In this document: positions 29,803 through 38,646 of the stretch, in pieces
Position numbering within the stretch: position 1 is the first letter of the stretch
Layout of the letters: each line of letters begins with the position of its first letter
From: an uncultured delta proteobacterium
GTDB taxonomy: Bacteria; Desulfobacterota; Binatia; Binatales; Binataceae
Assembly: GCA_963711565.1 (NCBI GenBank)
Contig: CAVQEQ010000002.1
Coordinates: 192,001-256,000 of the forward strand
DNA length: 64,000 nucleotides
Direction of reading: 5' to 3'
The notes under the pieces: model-generated
What the model saw: the letters and a program-made list of their open reading frames with translations, nothing else
The model's database searches: none
What the model was told of the DNA's origin: nothing
Position numbers and translations under genes: made by a program

Positions 29803-30366
29803 ATGACCGCCGAACACTGGATCGACCTCAGCTGCCACCCATCGACGCGCAATGGGGCGGTGCGCGCCATTCAAGTGCTTGTACACCGCTCGGCCAACGC
29901 TGAACTCCAACTGACCTACCGACTCGACGGAGACCTTCCGCGTATCCGCATTCCTTCTCCGGGCGCGCCGCGCATCGGCACCGAGCTATGGCGCCACACC
30001 TGCTTCGAGGCCTTCATCGCGCTGCAAGGGCAACCTGCCTATCACGAGTTCAACTTCTCGCCGTCGGGTGAGTGGTGCGCCTACACCTTATCAGGCTATC
30101 GCAACGGCACTCCCGCTGCGGACGAAATGATGCGCCCTCACATCGCCGTGAACTCGACCAGCAGTCGCCTCGAGCTCGACGCTCTCATCCGCCTCGATCG
30201 CCTGTCTGTCGTCCACCCGCGCGCTGTTCTCCGCATCGGACTCTCTGCCGTCATCGAGGCGGGCGACAGGACGCTCTCGTACTGGGCGCTACGCCATCCC
30301 ACCGACAAGCCGGATTTTCACAACGCCGATAGCTTCGCCCTCCTGCTCGACCCGCCAGCCGTGTAG
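29803..30366 (+). CDS. DOMON-like domain protein
   Basis: LWRHTCFEAFI, YHEFNFSPSGEWCAY, LSAVIE..LSYWALRHP..KPDFH. Confidence 0.85.
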   Translation: MTAEHWIDLSCHPSTRNGAVRAIQVLVHRSANAELQLTYRLDGDLPRIRIPSPGAPRIGTELWRHTCFEAFIALQGQPAYHEFNFSPSGEWCAYTLSGYRNGTPAADEMMRPHIAVNSTSSRLELDALIRLDRLSVVHPRAVLRIGLSAVIEAGDRTLSYWALRHPTDKPDFHNADSFALLLDPPAV

Positions 30367-30404
30367 GCCTTGATTCCGAATCAACAGAGTCTCGGCGGAT
30401 TGTT

Positions 30405-30438
30405 CCCCTTCCCTCGAGGGAAGGGGTTAGGGGTTAGG
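30405..30438. repeat. REP-like intergenic palindrome
   Basis: Perfect 22-bp palindrome CCCCTTCCCTCGAGGGAAGGGG followed by TTAGGGGTTAGG. Confidence 0.55.
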
Positions 30439-30443
30439 TTCCT

Positions 30444-31172
30444 ATGAAGCGCTCACAACCAGGAGCTCTTAACCGCCACCACGTGGACCGTCTTCTATCA
30501 AAAATGAATGATGATCGTTCCAGCGCCGGCCGAATCGACGTTATCTCCCGCCACTTCCTTGGACGTCCCTACAAATCAAATCCGCTGATTGGAACCGCCG
30601 ACACGCCGGAAGTGTTCACGGCTTCCCTCGACGGATTCGACTGCGTCACCTACATCGAAACAGTAGTGGCGCTCTATCGCTCTTCCAACGTTGACGACTT
30701 CACCAACTGGCTGCGAAAGATTCGCTACGACCGCGGCCTCATTCAATGGGCACGGCGCAATCACTACATGACGTCCTGGATTCGTAACAACGTCCGCGAA
30801 GGTATAATCAGTCCGCTTTCGATGCCGGCCGTCCCTATGGTTAGCAGGGAACGCATTCTGAATGTTGTGCCCGGACTCTCTCCGCGGCGGACTCGTCTGA
30901 AATGTGTACCGAAGCGATCAGTGCTGCGCCTCCAACAATTTCTGCAAACCGGTGATCTGATTTTCTTCGCGTCAACGCGCAAGCATCTCGACGTGTTTCA
31001 TGCTGGAATCATCGTGCGCGATGGCAAAAGAGTTCTTATGCGTCACGCGTCGCGGAGCAAGGGCTTTGTCGTGGAACAGGAATTGAGCGAGTTCCTCAAG
31101 TCAAACCGGATGGCCGGCGTCATCGTGATGCGCCCGCGACCGCTGACGCGGCGCATCGGAGTTGGTACCTAA
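30444..31172 (+). CDS. DUF1460 / AmiA-like NlpC/P60 amidase
   Basis: FLGRPY, FDCVTYIETV (catalytic Cys), RNHY, LDVFHAGI, MRHAS. Confidence 0.88.
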   Translation: MKRSQPGALNRHHVDRLLSKMNDDRSSAGRIDVISRHFLGRPYKSNPLIGTADTPEVFTASLDGFDCVTYIETVVALYRSSNVDDFTNWLRKIRYDRGLIQWARRNHYMTSWIRNNVREGIISPLSMPAVPMVSRERILNVVPGLSPRRTRLKCVPKRSVLRLQQFLQTGDLIFFASTRKHLDVFHAGIIVRDGKRVLMRHASRSKGFVVEQELSEFLKSNRMAGVIVMRPRPLTRRIGVGT

Positions 31173-31181
31173 GTCTAATAC

Positions 31182-31907
31182 ATGACTACCGTCACTCCCG
31201 AACTTCAGAGAGCCTGGTTCTTGCTGCGGCCTCTCGCACGCCAGTTGATGGACTCACATCGGCTCTCGGCGACTCCTGAACTGAACGCCCGTCCGGCCCC
31301 TCTCTTCGTGCTGATTCGTGGCACGTCCAACGTTACCTGGGGCGTGCGGAACGACGTCCCCGTGGAAATTGCCGCCCAACTCGATCGGCTGGCCGGCGAC
31401 GAATCGCCCGTCAGAGATTTTCAGGCGCCGCCGCTGCACGCCGACGCATACCAATCGCTCGTAGGCGGCCAGATCTTGTCAGGTCCCGCGTTCGGATTTC
31501 CTGACGAGATTGCGCACTCCACCAACGTCGTACTCGTTGACCGGCTGGATCTGCTTGAGCGGAATTTTCGCGGATGGATCGCCGAGGAGATTTCATGGTG
31601 TTCGCCGATCGTTGCGGTCATGGACGGCGGTTACCCTGTCAGCGTTTGCTTTTGCGCGACGAGGAATTCCGCGCCGGCGATCGAGGCGGGAGTTGAAACT
31701 GCTGCCGCTTTCCGCGGACGCGGACTCGCCCCGCGCGTGACTGCCGCATGGGCTTGCGCAATCCGAGCATCCGGACGAATCCCGCTCTACAGCACCTCGT
31801 GGAACAACGCCGGCTCGCGCGCCGTGGCCCGCAAGCTGGGTCTCATACAATACGCCAGCGATTGGAGTTTGGTTGAGAACGACAAAACACCCGGTAACCC
31901 CTCATGA
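31182..31907 (+). CDS. GNAT family acetyltransferase
   Basis: EAGVETAAAFRGRGLA, PLYSTSWNNAGSRAVARKLG. Confidence 0.85.
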   Translation: MTTVTPELQRAWFLLRPLARQLMDSHRLSATPELNARPAPLFVLIRGTSNVTWGVRNDVPVEIAAQLDRLAGDESPVRDFQAPPLHADAYQSLVGGQILSGPAFGFPDEIAHSTNVVLVDRLDLLERNFRGWIAEEISWCSPIVAVMDGGYPVSVCFCATRNSAPAIEAGVETAAAFRGRGLAPRVTAAWACAIRASGRIPLYSTSWNNAGSRAVARKLGLIQYASDWSLVENDKTPGNPS

Positions 31908-32821
31908 ACGAAGAGTTTCAACGGGCTCTGAAAGCCGGAGACCTCGACGCGGTCCGTGGATTCCCAAAGGCCGATCTACACAACCATGGATGGGCCGGCG
32001 CAGATCCCGCTTCAGTCGGGAAGATCCTCGGTAAGAAGATTGCTCCCCTAGACCACAGGCTGACCTCGATGGCCGAGATGCATGCATGGGCCGGCGAACA
32101 CTTCGGGAATCCCGATCCCAAGCTGAGACCTGGGTTGTTCGAGGCGGCGTTTGCTCGCGCCGCTCGCGACGGTCTAGCGCGTTTCGAAATCGGCGACGAC
32201 GTATGGGCGATTACGCTCGATGGTTCCGCGCACAATGTGACCAACATCCTCAAGCGCGCCCACGATCGCGGCGCGCCCGCCGTCGAATGGATTCCGCAAC
32301 TCGGGATGTCGCGTCATTGTCGCATCGAGGATATCCGCCGATGGATGGAACCGTTCCTCGAGCTTCGCTTCTACCGGATTGTTGATCTGTCGGGTGACGA
32401 GTTCGCGCAGCCGATCGAGAACTTCAAGCCGCTTTATCGCCTCGCGAAGAAAAACGAGCTCCAGCTCAAGGCCCATGTCGGCGAGTGGGGTGACGCAGAT
32501 TCTGTCCGCCGCGCGGTCGAGGAACTCGAGCTCGACGAGGTGCAGCACGGCATCGCGGCCGCCGACTCGCAGTCCGTGATGCGCTTTCTCGCCAGCCATC
32601 GCATCCGCCTCAACATCTGTCCCACATCCAATCTGATGCTCAGTAGGGTCGAGTCGCTCGCCTCACATCCGATCCGAAAGCTCTTCGATGCGGGCGTGCG
32701 CGTGACCATCAACACCGATGACATGGCGATGTTCGGTCAGAGCGTTTCGCACGAGTTCCTCAACTTGTACAAAGCGGGATGCCTCGATGAAAAAGAACTC
32801 GAGAACGGCCTTTCGGACTAA
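31904..32821 (+). CDS. Adenosine deaminase-like metallohydrolase
   Basis: DLHNH, AHVGE, VQHG, ICPTSN, INTDD. Confidence 0.88.
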   Translation: MNEEFQRALKAGDLDAVRGFPKADLHNHGWAGADPASVGKILGKKIAPLDHRLTSMAEMHAWAGEHFGNPDPKLRPGLFEAAFARAARDGLARFEIGDDVWAITLDGSAHNVTNILKRAHDRGAPAVEWIPQLGMSRHCRIEDIRRWMEPFLELRFYRIVDLSGDEFAQPIENFKPLYRLAKKNELQLKAHVGEWGDADSVRRAVEELELDEVQHGIAAADSQSVMRFLASHRIRLNICPTSNLMLSRVESLASHPIRKLFDAGVRVTINTDDMAMFGQSVSHEFLNLYKAGCLDEKELENGLSD

Positions 32822-33076
32822 CCAGCCCATCATCATCGCGGGACGTTCGGTTTTAGATTCAGCTCGGGTAGGGGGGATGAACTTTTCAGCCTGATGCAAA
32901 CCCTCTTGCCGTGCTAAGTTCACGATATGGACAACCATCAGGATGCCCGCGACTCTCGTGAACCCTTCATAGTCGCGCCGCTCCCGCTTCGTGCCGAAAC
33001 AACTTTTTACGGAACGGAACTACCGGTGGTAGTACGCGGCTTAGAACCACAACATATGGTATAGAATCAGCTTTAA

Positions 33077-34351
33077 GTGAAAATTGTCCATCCAAGCGAC
33101 CACTCATCCGCGAGCATTCAGCGACTGCTCGACGCTGCCGATTCCGACGTTCTCTTTCTCGGCGACCCGCGGGTGACCGTCGAGCCGGGAGCGCGCATGT
33201 TCGATCGAATGACGGATGTCATCCACGATACCGGCGCTGGATGGGTCTATGCTGACGCGGTCGGCCATCCCCGTATCGACTATCAACGCGGCAGCATCCG
33301 CGACGGTTTCGACTTCGGCCCGGTCATCGCCCTGTCGGTTGATGCTGCGCGAGAGTCCGGAATCGACAGCACTTGGAAGTGGGAAGGACTCTACGATCTG
33401 CGGCTGAGGATTTCGGAAAAACACCCCGTCATGCGGATTCCCGAACCGATGTACACCGCGTCAACCACTGATGCGCGTCCGACGGGTCAAAAACAATTCG
33501 ACTATGTCGATCCGCGCAATCGCGAGTACCAAATCGAAATGGAGCGCATCGCGACGGCGCATCTCAAACGAATCGGCGCATGGTTGCAGTCACAGTTCGA
33601 GAACGTTCCAACCGCGGCCGAAAAATTTCCGGTAAAGGCCAGCGTAGTCATCCCGGTCCGCAATCGCGAGCGCACAATTCTCGACGCCGTCCGCAGCGCC
33701 CTCGTCCAAACCGCCGATTTCGATTTGAACGTGATCGTCGTCGATAACCATTCGACCGATCGCACGTCAGAAATCCTGCGCGCTATCAACGATTCGCGCG
33801 TCAAGCACATCATTCCCGAACGCCGCGACCTGGGAATTGGCGGATGCTGGAACGAGGCGATTTACTCCACGCACTGCGGACAATACGCCGTCCAGCTTGA
33901 TTCCGACGACCTGTACCTCAACGACAGTGTCCTTCGCCGTATCGTTGCGGAACTTGAAACCGGACCTTATGCGATGGTCATAGGCTCCTATACGATGGTC
34001 GATTTTTCGTTGAAGGAGATTCCGCCCGGCCTTATCGACCATCGCGAATGGACTCGCGACAACGGCAGAAACAACGCGCTCCGCATCAACGGTCTCGGCG
34101 CGCCGCGCGCATTCAACACGTCGGTTCTGCGCCGCATAGGATTTCCAAATGTCAGCTATGGCGAGGACTACGCCGTAGCCCTGCGCATCAGCCGTGACTA
34201 CGAAATCGGCCGCATCTACGAGTCCGTCTATCTATGCCGCCGATGGGAAGGCAACAGCGACAGCGCGCTGCCGCTCGAAGTTGCGAACCGCTACGATCAA
34301 TACAAGGACTGGCTCCGAACGATCGAGATTCAGGCTCGAACGCGCCGATGA
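33077..34351 (+). CDS. Glycosyltransferase family 2 protein
   Basis: SVVIPVRNRE, VVDNHSTD, QLDSDD, SYGEDY. Confidence 0.9.
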   Translation: MKIVHPSDHSSASIQRLLDAADSDVLFLGDPRVTVEPGARMFDRMTDVIHDTGAGWVYADAVGHPRIDYQRGSIRDGFDFGPVIALSVDAARESGIDSTWKWEGLYDLRLRISEKHPVMRIPEPMYTASTTDARPTGQKQFDYVDPRNREYQIEMERIATAHLKRIGAWLQSQFENVPTAAEKFPVKASVVIPVRNRERTILDAVRSALVQTADFDLNVIVVDNHSTDRTSEILRAINDSRVKHIIPERRDLGIGGCWNEAIYSTHCGQYAVQLDSDDLYLNDSVLRRIVAELETGPYAMVIGSYTMVDFSLKEIPPGLIDHREWTRDNGRNNALRINGLGAPRAFNTSVLRRIGFPNVSYGEDYAVALRISRDYEIGRIYESVYLCRRWEGNSDSALPLEVANRYDQYKDWLRTIEIQARTRR

Positions 34352-35241
34352 TCAACGAAATAGAAGACCTGTTCGAGCGGCAGACGCGAGCATGGCCGCA
34401 ACTCGCGCAGGGCATCGAAGGCCTCGCGCGCGCGCAGACCCGGCCGGTGCGCATCGATTGGTTCAACGTCTTCATCCGACATCTCCCGCATCGCATGACT
34501 AGCACGACCGCATCTGTCGCCCTGGAGTCGGTTGCGAAGCGCCCGTGCTTCCTATGCGCGGCGAACCTCCCTCCTGAGGAAGAGGGCCTGCAGTTAGATG
34601 ACGACTTCACGATCTACTGCAATCCATTTCCGATCGTTGACCGTCACCTGACGATCGCGCACCGGGAACACCGCTCGCAGCGTATTGCAAACCAGTTCGG
34701 CAGCATGCTCGACATTGCGTCACGCCTCCCAGGATATTTCGTCATCTACAACGGTCCCGAATGCGGCGCATCCGCACCCGACCATATGCACTTCCAGGCC
34801 GGCTCGCGCGCCTTGTTTCCGATCGAAAAAGACACCGCTGGTCTGACCGGCATCACCGTCCCAAACTACGGAAGAAACGTGCTCCTACTCCGTGAACACG
34901 ATCGATCCGCTCTGATTGATAGGATGGATCGCGCCATCGATCTGCTTGCGGAAGCGACGGGCAAACGGCCCGAGCCGATGGTCAACCTCGCGGTCTTTTG
35001 TGAGAGCGGCGAGTGGGTCGCGTATCTGTTCCCGCGAGGAAAGCATCGCCCACAGGTCTTTCACACCGGTGAACTGACAGTCAGTCCGGCATCGATCGAT
35101 CTGTGCGGAATATTTGTCGTACCGCTGGCAAAGGACTTCGAGAGAATCACGGGTGAGGACATCGCCGCAGTCTTTCGAGAAGTCACTTTGCCTGACGACC
35201 AGTTTCAGGAAGTGGCCCGCAAGCTGGAGAGTAAGCCTTGA
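34348..35241 (+). CDS. DUF4922 protein (HxHxQ nucleotidyltransferase/phosphorylase-like)
   Basis: RPCFLC, CNPFPI, YNGPECGASAPDHMHFQAG; translationally coupled to GT2. Confidence 0.85.
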   Translation: MINEIEDLFERQTRAWPQLAQGIEGLARAQTRPVRIDWFNVFIRHLPHRMTSTTASVALESVAKRPCFLCAANLPPEEEGLQLDDDFTIYCNPFPIVDRHLTIAHREHRSQRIANQFGSMLDIASRLPGYFVIYNGPECGASAPDHMHFQAGSRALFPIEKDTAGLTGITVPNYGRNVLLLREHDRSALIDRMDRAIDLLAEATGKRPEPMVNLAVFCESGEWVAYLFPRGKHRPQVFHTGELTVSPASIDLCGIFVVPLAKDFERITGEDIAAVFREVTLPDDQFQEVARKLESKP

Positions 35242-36458
35242 ACGTCTCGGTAGGACTGCTCGAAGGACGATCTGCTGTCGAAGTCGAATTGACGGGCACC
35301 TTCACCGATACTCGCGGCAAGTCCTACAACGCCGGACGCCATAAACTTATTTCTGAAGTCACGCTCACTCCGTCGGACTCGGCGTCGTGCGCCTTTGCGC
35401 TCGACGACATCACGATCGGAATCGGATTTCATTGGGAACGCAAGGAGCGCCAGGTGTTTCGCGGCGCACTTCGCCTCGTGAAACGAACGACCGGGCTGAC
35501 AGTGATCAACGATGTCCCGCTCGAAGACTACGTCACCAGCGTGATTTCATCCGAGATGAGTGCAAGCTGTCCGCTCGAGATGCTGAAAGCTCACGCCGTG
35601 ATCTCGCGCAGTTGGCTGTGGTTTCCCAAAGCAAATCCCCCTCGCTCAGTGAAATCGCAAAGTGAGAGTCCCGATTCCCACGAGATCCTTCGCTGGTACG
35701 GCCGCGAAGCGCATCCGGATTTCGACGTTTGCGCCGACGACCACTGCCAGCGCTATCAGGGCATCACGAAAGCGTTCTCTCCTGCAGCCGCCGAAGCGGG
35801 TCGCGCGACGGCCGGCGAGTTTCTCCGTTACAACGGCGCTATCTGCGACGCGCGGTTTTCCAAATGCTGCGGCGGAATAACCGAGCGCTACGCGACCGCA
35901 TGGGAGGACCAACAAATTTCCTACCTCGAGTCTATCTACGACGGTCCGGCGCAATCCCACTCTTATACTCCAAAGACATGGATAGGTTCCGCACCACCGG
36001 CTTACTGCAATACGCACGATTCGGAACTCCTCGCACGCGTTCTCCCCGGGTTCGATCAGGAAACTCGCGACTTCTATCGATGGGAGGTCGCGTACACCCC
36101 GGAAGAACTGGCTGCTCTGATCAAATCAAGGCTCGGCGCGGACCTTGGTCCTATCTGCGACATGAAAGCGCTCGCACGCGGACCTTCCGGCCGAATATAT
36201 CGCCTGAAGATCGTCGGCGAACGCGATTACATCATCATCGGCAAAGAACTGGAAATTCGCCGTGCGTTATCGCCCACGCATCTCTACAGCTCTGCATTCG
36301 TCGTAAGCAAGAAATCCGATCGCTTCGTCCTAAGGGGAGCCGGCTGGGGACACGGCGTAGGCCTATGTCAGCTGGGCGCGGCAGTCATGGCAAATGAAGG
36401 CAAGACCTACACAGAAATCTTGCAACACTACTATAGTGGCACCACTGTCAGCACTTAG
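35238..36458 (+). CDS. SpoIID/LytB domain protein (lytic transglycosylase-like)
   Basis: LEDYVTSVISSEM, LKAHAVISRS, CADDHCQRYQG, GWGHGVGLCQLGA, ILQHYY. Confidence 0.92.
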   Translation: MNVSVGLLEGRSAVEVELTGTFTDTRGKSYNAGRHKLISEVTLTPSDSASCAFALDDITIGIGFHWERKERQVFRGALRLVKRTTGLTVINDVPLEDYVTSVISSEMSASCPLEMLKAHAVISRSWLWFPKANPPRSVKSQSESPDSHEILRWYGREAHPDFDVCADDHCQRYQGITKAFSPAAAEAGRATAGEFLRYNGAICDARFSKCCGGITERYATAWEDQQISYLESIYDGPAQSHSYTPKTWIGSAPPAYCNTHDSELLARVLPGFDQETRDFYRWEVAYTPEELAALIKSRLGADLGPICDMKALARGPSGRIYRLKIVGERDYIIIGKELEIRRALSPTHLYSSAFVVSKKSDRFVLRGAGWGHGVGLCQLGAAVMANEGKTYTEILQHYYSGTTVST

Positions 36459-36468
36459 ACATTCAACG

Positions 36469-37356
36469 TTATCCGTCGTATTCGCTCTTGCAAAACTCCT
36501 GATAGTCTCGCCGGTTCTGCGCCAGCAGTTTCGCGCGGACCTCATCGGTCAGACCAGCGAGCATAGCTACCTCCTCGTAGCCTCCGGGGACATAGCTGAG
36601 ATGCGAAATCAGTCCGTAACCATTGTCCCACACATGAAGCTGCACCGCCCGCGGCTCCATCGTGAATTCAAATCCGTTTTGCGCCGTCAGATTCAGCGAG
36701 ACCTGATGACAAGTGCTAGGTGATGTGGACGCAATCGTGCCCGCCCAGGCGACATGGATTGGCCGATGAATATGACCGCATGCGACTCGCACGACCTGCC
36801 GATGCCGCCGCACAACGTTCTCCATCATCCGGCCGCCATGCAGCCCTGCCGCGTCCATCCATTGGATCCCGGTGCGGAACGGCGGGTGATGCATGAAAAT
36901 CAGCGTCGGACAGTCCGGCCGCGCGCTCAGCGTAGCGTCGAGCCATCGCAGCCGTTCCTCGCACATCATCCCGTGATGGTGTTCCGGCACGGTGGTATCG
37001 AGTCCAATCAGCCGGACGGGAAACCTGTCGATCGCATAGTTCACGTACGGTGCATCGGGCGGCGGCATGTAGTCCTCGCCGGCAAACGCCTTCAACAGGA
37101 CATCGCGCCGGTCGTGATTTCCCGGGATCACGAACACGGGAGGAATCAAGTCTGACAAAATCTCGCGCAGCAAATCGTATTCTTCCGGGCGCCCGTGGTC
37201 CGTCAGATCGCCCGATGCGATCACCGCGTCCGGCCTGGGATCGAGACTGTTGATGTGAGCGATGGCCTGCGCGAGCTGCGCGTTGGTCGGCACCTTGCGA
37301 TAGCACAGACGATCTTTCGCCACCACGTGAAGATCGGTGATTTGCGCGATGATCAT
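36469..37356 (-). CDS. Metallophosphoesterase (CpdA/GpdQ-like phosphodiesterase)
   Basis: DLH, GDL, GNHD, HHPP, GHIH. Confidence 0.92.
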   Translation of the reverse strand: MIIAQITDLHVVAKDRLCYRKVPTNAQLAQAIAHINSLDPRPDAVIASGDLTDHGRPEEYDLLREILSDLIPPVFVIPGNHDRRDVLLKAFAGEDYMPPPDAPYVNYAIDRFPVRLIGLDTTVPEHHHGMMCEERLRWLDATLSARPDCPTLIFMHHPPFRTGIQWMDAAGLHGGRMMENVVRRHRQVVRVACGHIHRPIHVAWAGTIASTSPSTCHQVSLNLTAQNGFEFTMEPRAVQLHVWDNGYGLISHLSYVPGGYEEVAMLAGLTDEVRAKLLAQNRRDYQEFCKSEYDG

Positions 37357-37395
37357 ATTCACCTCTCTCAGAAATGCTTCGCGAGGTCGGCGGCT

Positions 37396-38499
37396 CTATT
37401 CGAGCTCGCCCAACACCCATGCCGCGGTATCCTCGGGCAAGTCGGGAATCCATTGCATGAACTCGTCGAGGCTGTTCCCTACCACCTGGCTGCCGAGATT
37501 TCCCTGCAGCACTTCGTGAAAGCGGCCGGCGACTCGCCGGCTGAGCAAGCCACAGCGGCGCAACGTCGGGAGCACGAACCCCGACACTGGTCCGCGCCGG
37601 CGCCCCGCTGGACGTGGCGGGCGAATCAACTGGTCGCGCTCGCGTTGCGCGCAGGCCAGCAGCTCGACGGTGTCGATGCCCGCCTCGGCCCAGCTTTGCA
37701 GCAGCGCCGCCATGAATCCGGCCTGATTGCGGCCGCCGATAATTGCGATAGCGGCCTCGAAGGCGAAGTCTTCGAGATCCTCGCGCTCGGCCGCCGAAAG
37801 GCATGGCACACAGCGCTCAACGTACTGCACGCCGTAGGCATGATGACGCGCCTCGTCGCGCCCCACATAGGTGAGAATCTCTTTCAGCAGCGGTTCCTCG
37901 GTGAGATTGCGCATCTCGCGGAAGCTGTAGAGCGCGAGCCCCTCGACCACGATCTGCATGCCGACGAGCTTCTTGGCCCAGTCGCCGGTCTCCAGTGTGC
38001 TGTCGAGCAGACCTTTGAGGTTAGGCGCGATCGGCCGGACCATATCGAGCTTTTGGATGTAGCGCGCGAATACCTCGACATGTCGCGCCTCATCGACGGT
38101 CTGAGTCGCCGCGTAGAACTTGGCGTCGGTATGCGGCACCGCATTCACGAGTTGCGCGGCGACCATCAGGGCGCCCTGCTCGCCATGCAGAAAGTTGCTC
38201 AGGCGAAAGCTCGCCATCCGTTTCTTCAGCTCCCATACGGTCTCGGCACTGAGCGAGCGCCAGTACGAGGTCTGTTCAACCGGAAAGCCGATTCCGAGCG
38301 GCGTAGCAGCCAGCGCGGCGTGATCGAGCGGCCGCTCCCAGTCGAGCTGGCGTTCAGCGATCCACTGCGCCTCCAATGCTTTGACGTACAAGCTGCGCAG
38401 CTCCTCGACCTCGGAACCGTAGTTCCACTGATAGACCACCTTCATCGCGGTCGACAGGCCACGCTCCTGCGTGGCGGAGATAATGTCGAATTGACTCAT
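37396..38499 (-). CDS. Ferritin-like diiron protein (AurF-like oxygenase)
   Basis: LHGEQGAL, DEARH, VVEGLA, second DEARH. Confidence 0.85.
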   Translation of the reverse strand: MSQFDIISATQERGLSTAMKVVYQWNYGSEVEELRSLYVKALEAQWIAERQLDWERPLDHAALAATPLGIGFPVEQTSYWRSLSAETVWELKKRMASFRLSNFLHGEQGALMVAAQLVNAVPHTDAKFYAATQTVDEARHVEVFARYIQKLDMVRPIAPNLKGLLDSTLETGDWAKKLVGMQIVVEGLALYSFREMRNLTEEPLLKEILTYVGRDEARHHAYGVQYVERCVPCLSAAEREDLEDFAFEAAIAIIGGRNQAGFMAALLQSWAEAGIDTVELLACAQRERDQLIRPPRPAGRRRGPVSGFVLPTLRRCGLLSRRVAGRFHEVLQGNLGSQVVGNSLDEFMQWIPDLPEDTAAWVLGELE

Positions 38500-38646
38500 C
38501 TGGATGTTGGGTTCTCCCGCTGCAATGGCGCTGCTCGAAGTTAGCCCCAAGACCTCTGACGGGACAAGTGAGCCGCATCTCGCCGCTCGCCGCGCTCGTG
38601 CAGGTAGTCCTTTACGATCGCTCCGATGCGCGCTGCGACAATACGC

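Noticed and set aside
33047-33062. NrdR-box-like sequence CCACAACATATGGTAT
   Set aside because: Single copy, and the downstream gene is a glycosyltransferase, not a nucleotide reductase; may be chance.
37195-38544. 449-aa plus-strand ORF and similar long antisense ORFs (e.g. 4843-5700, 19296-20363)
   Set aside because: GC-rich antisense shadows of well-supported genes, with no motifs.
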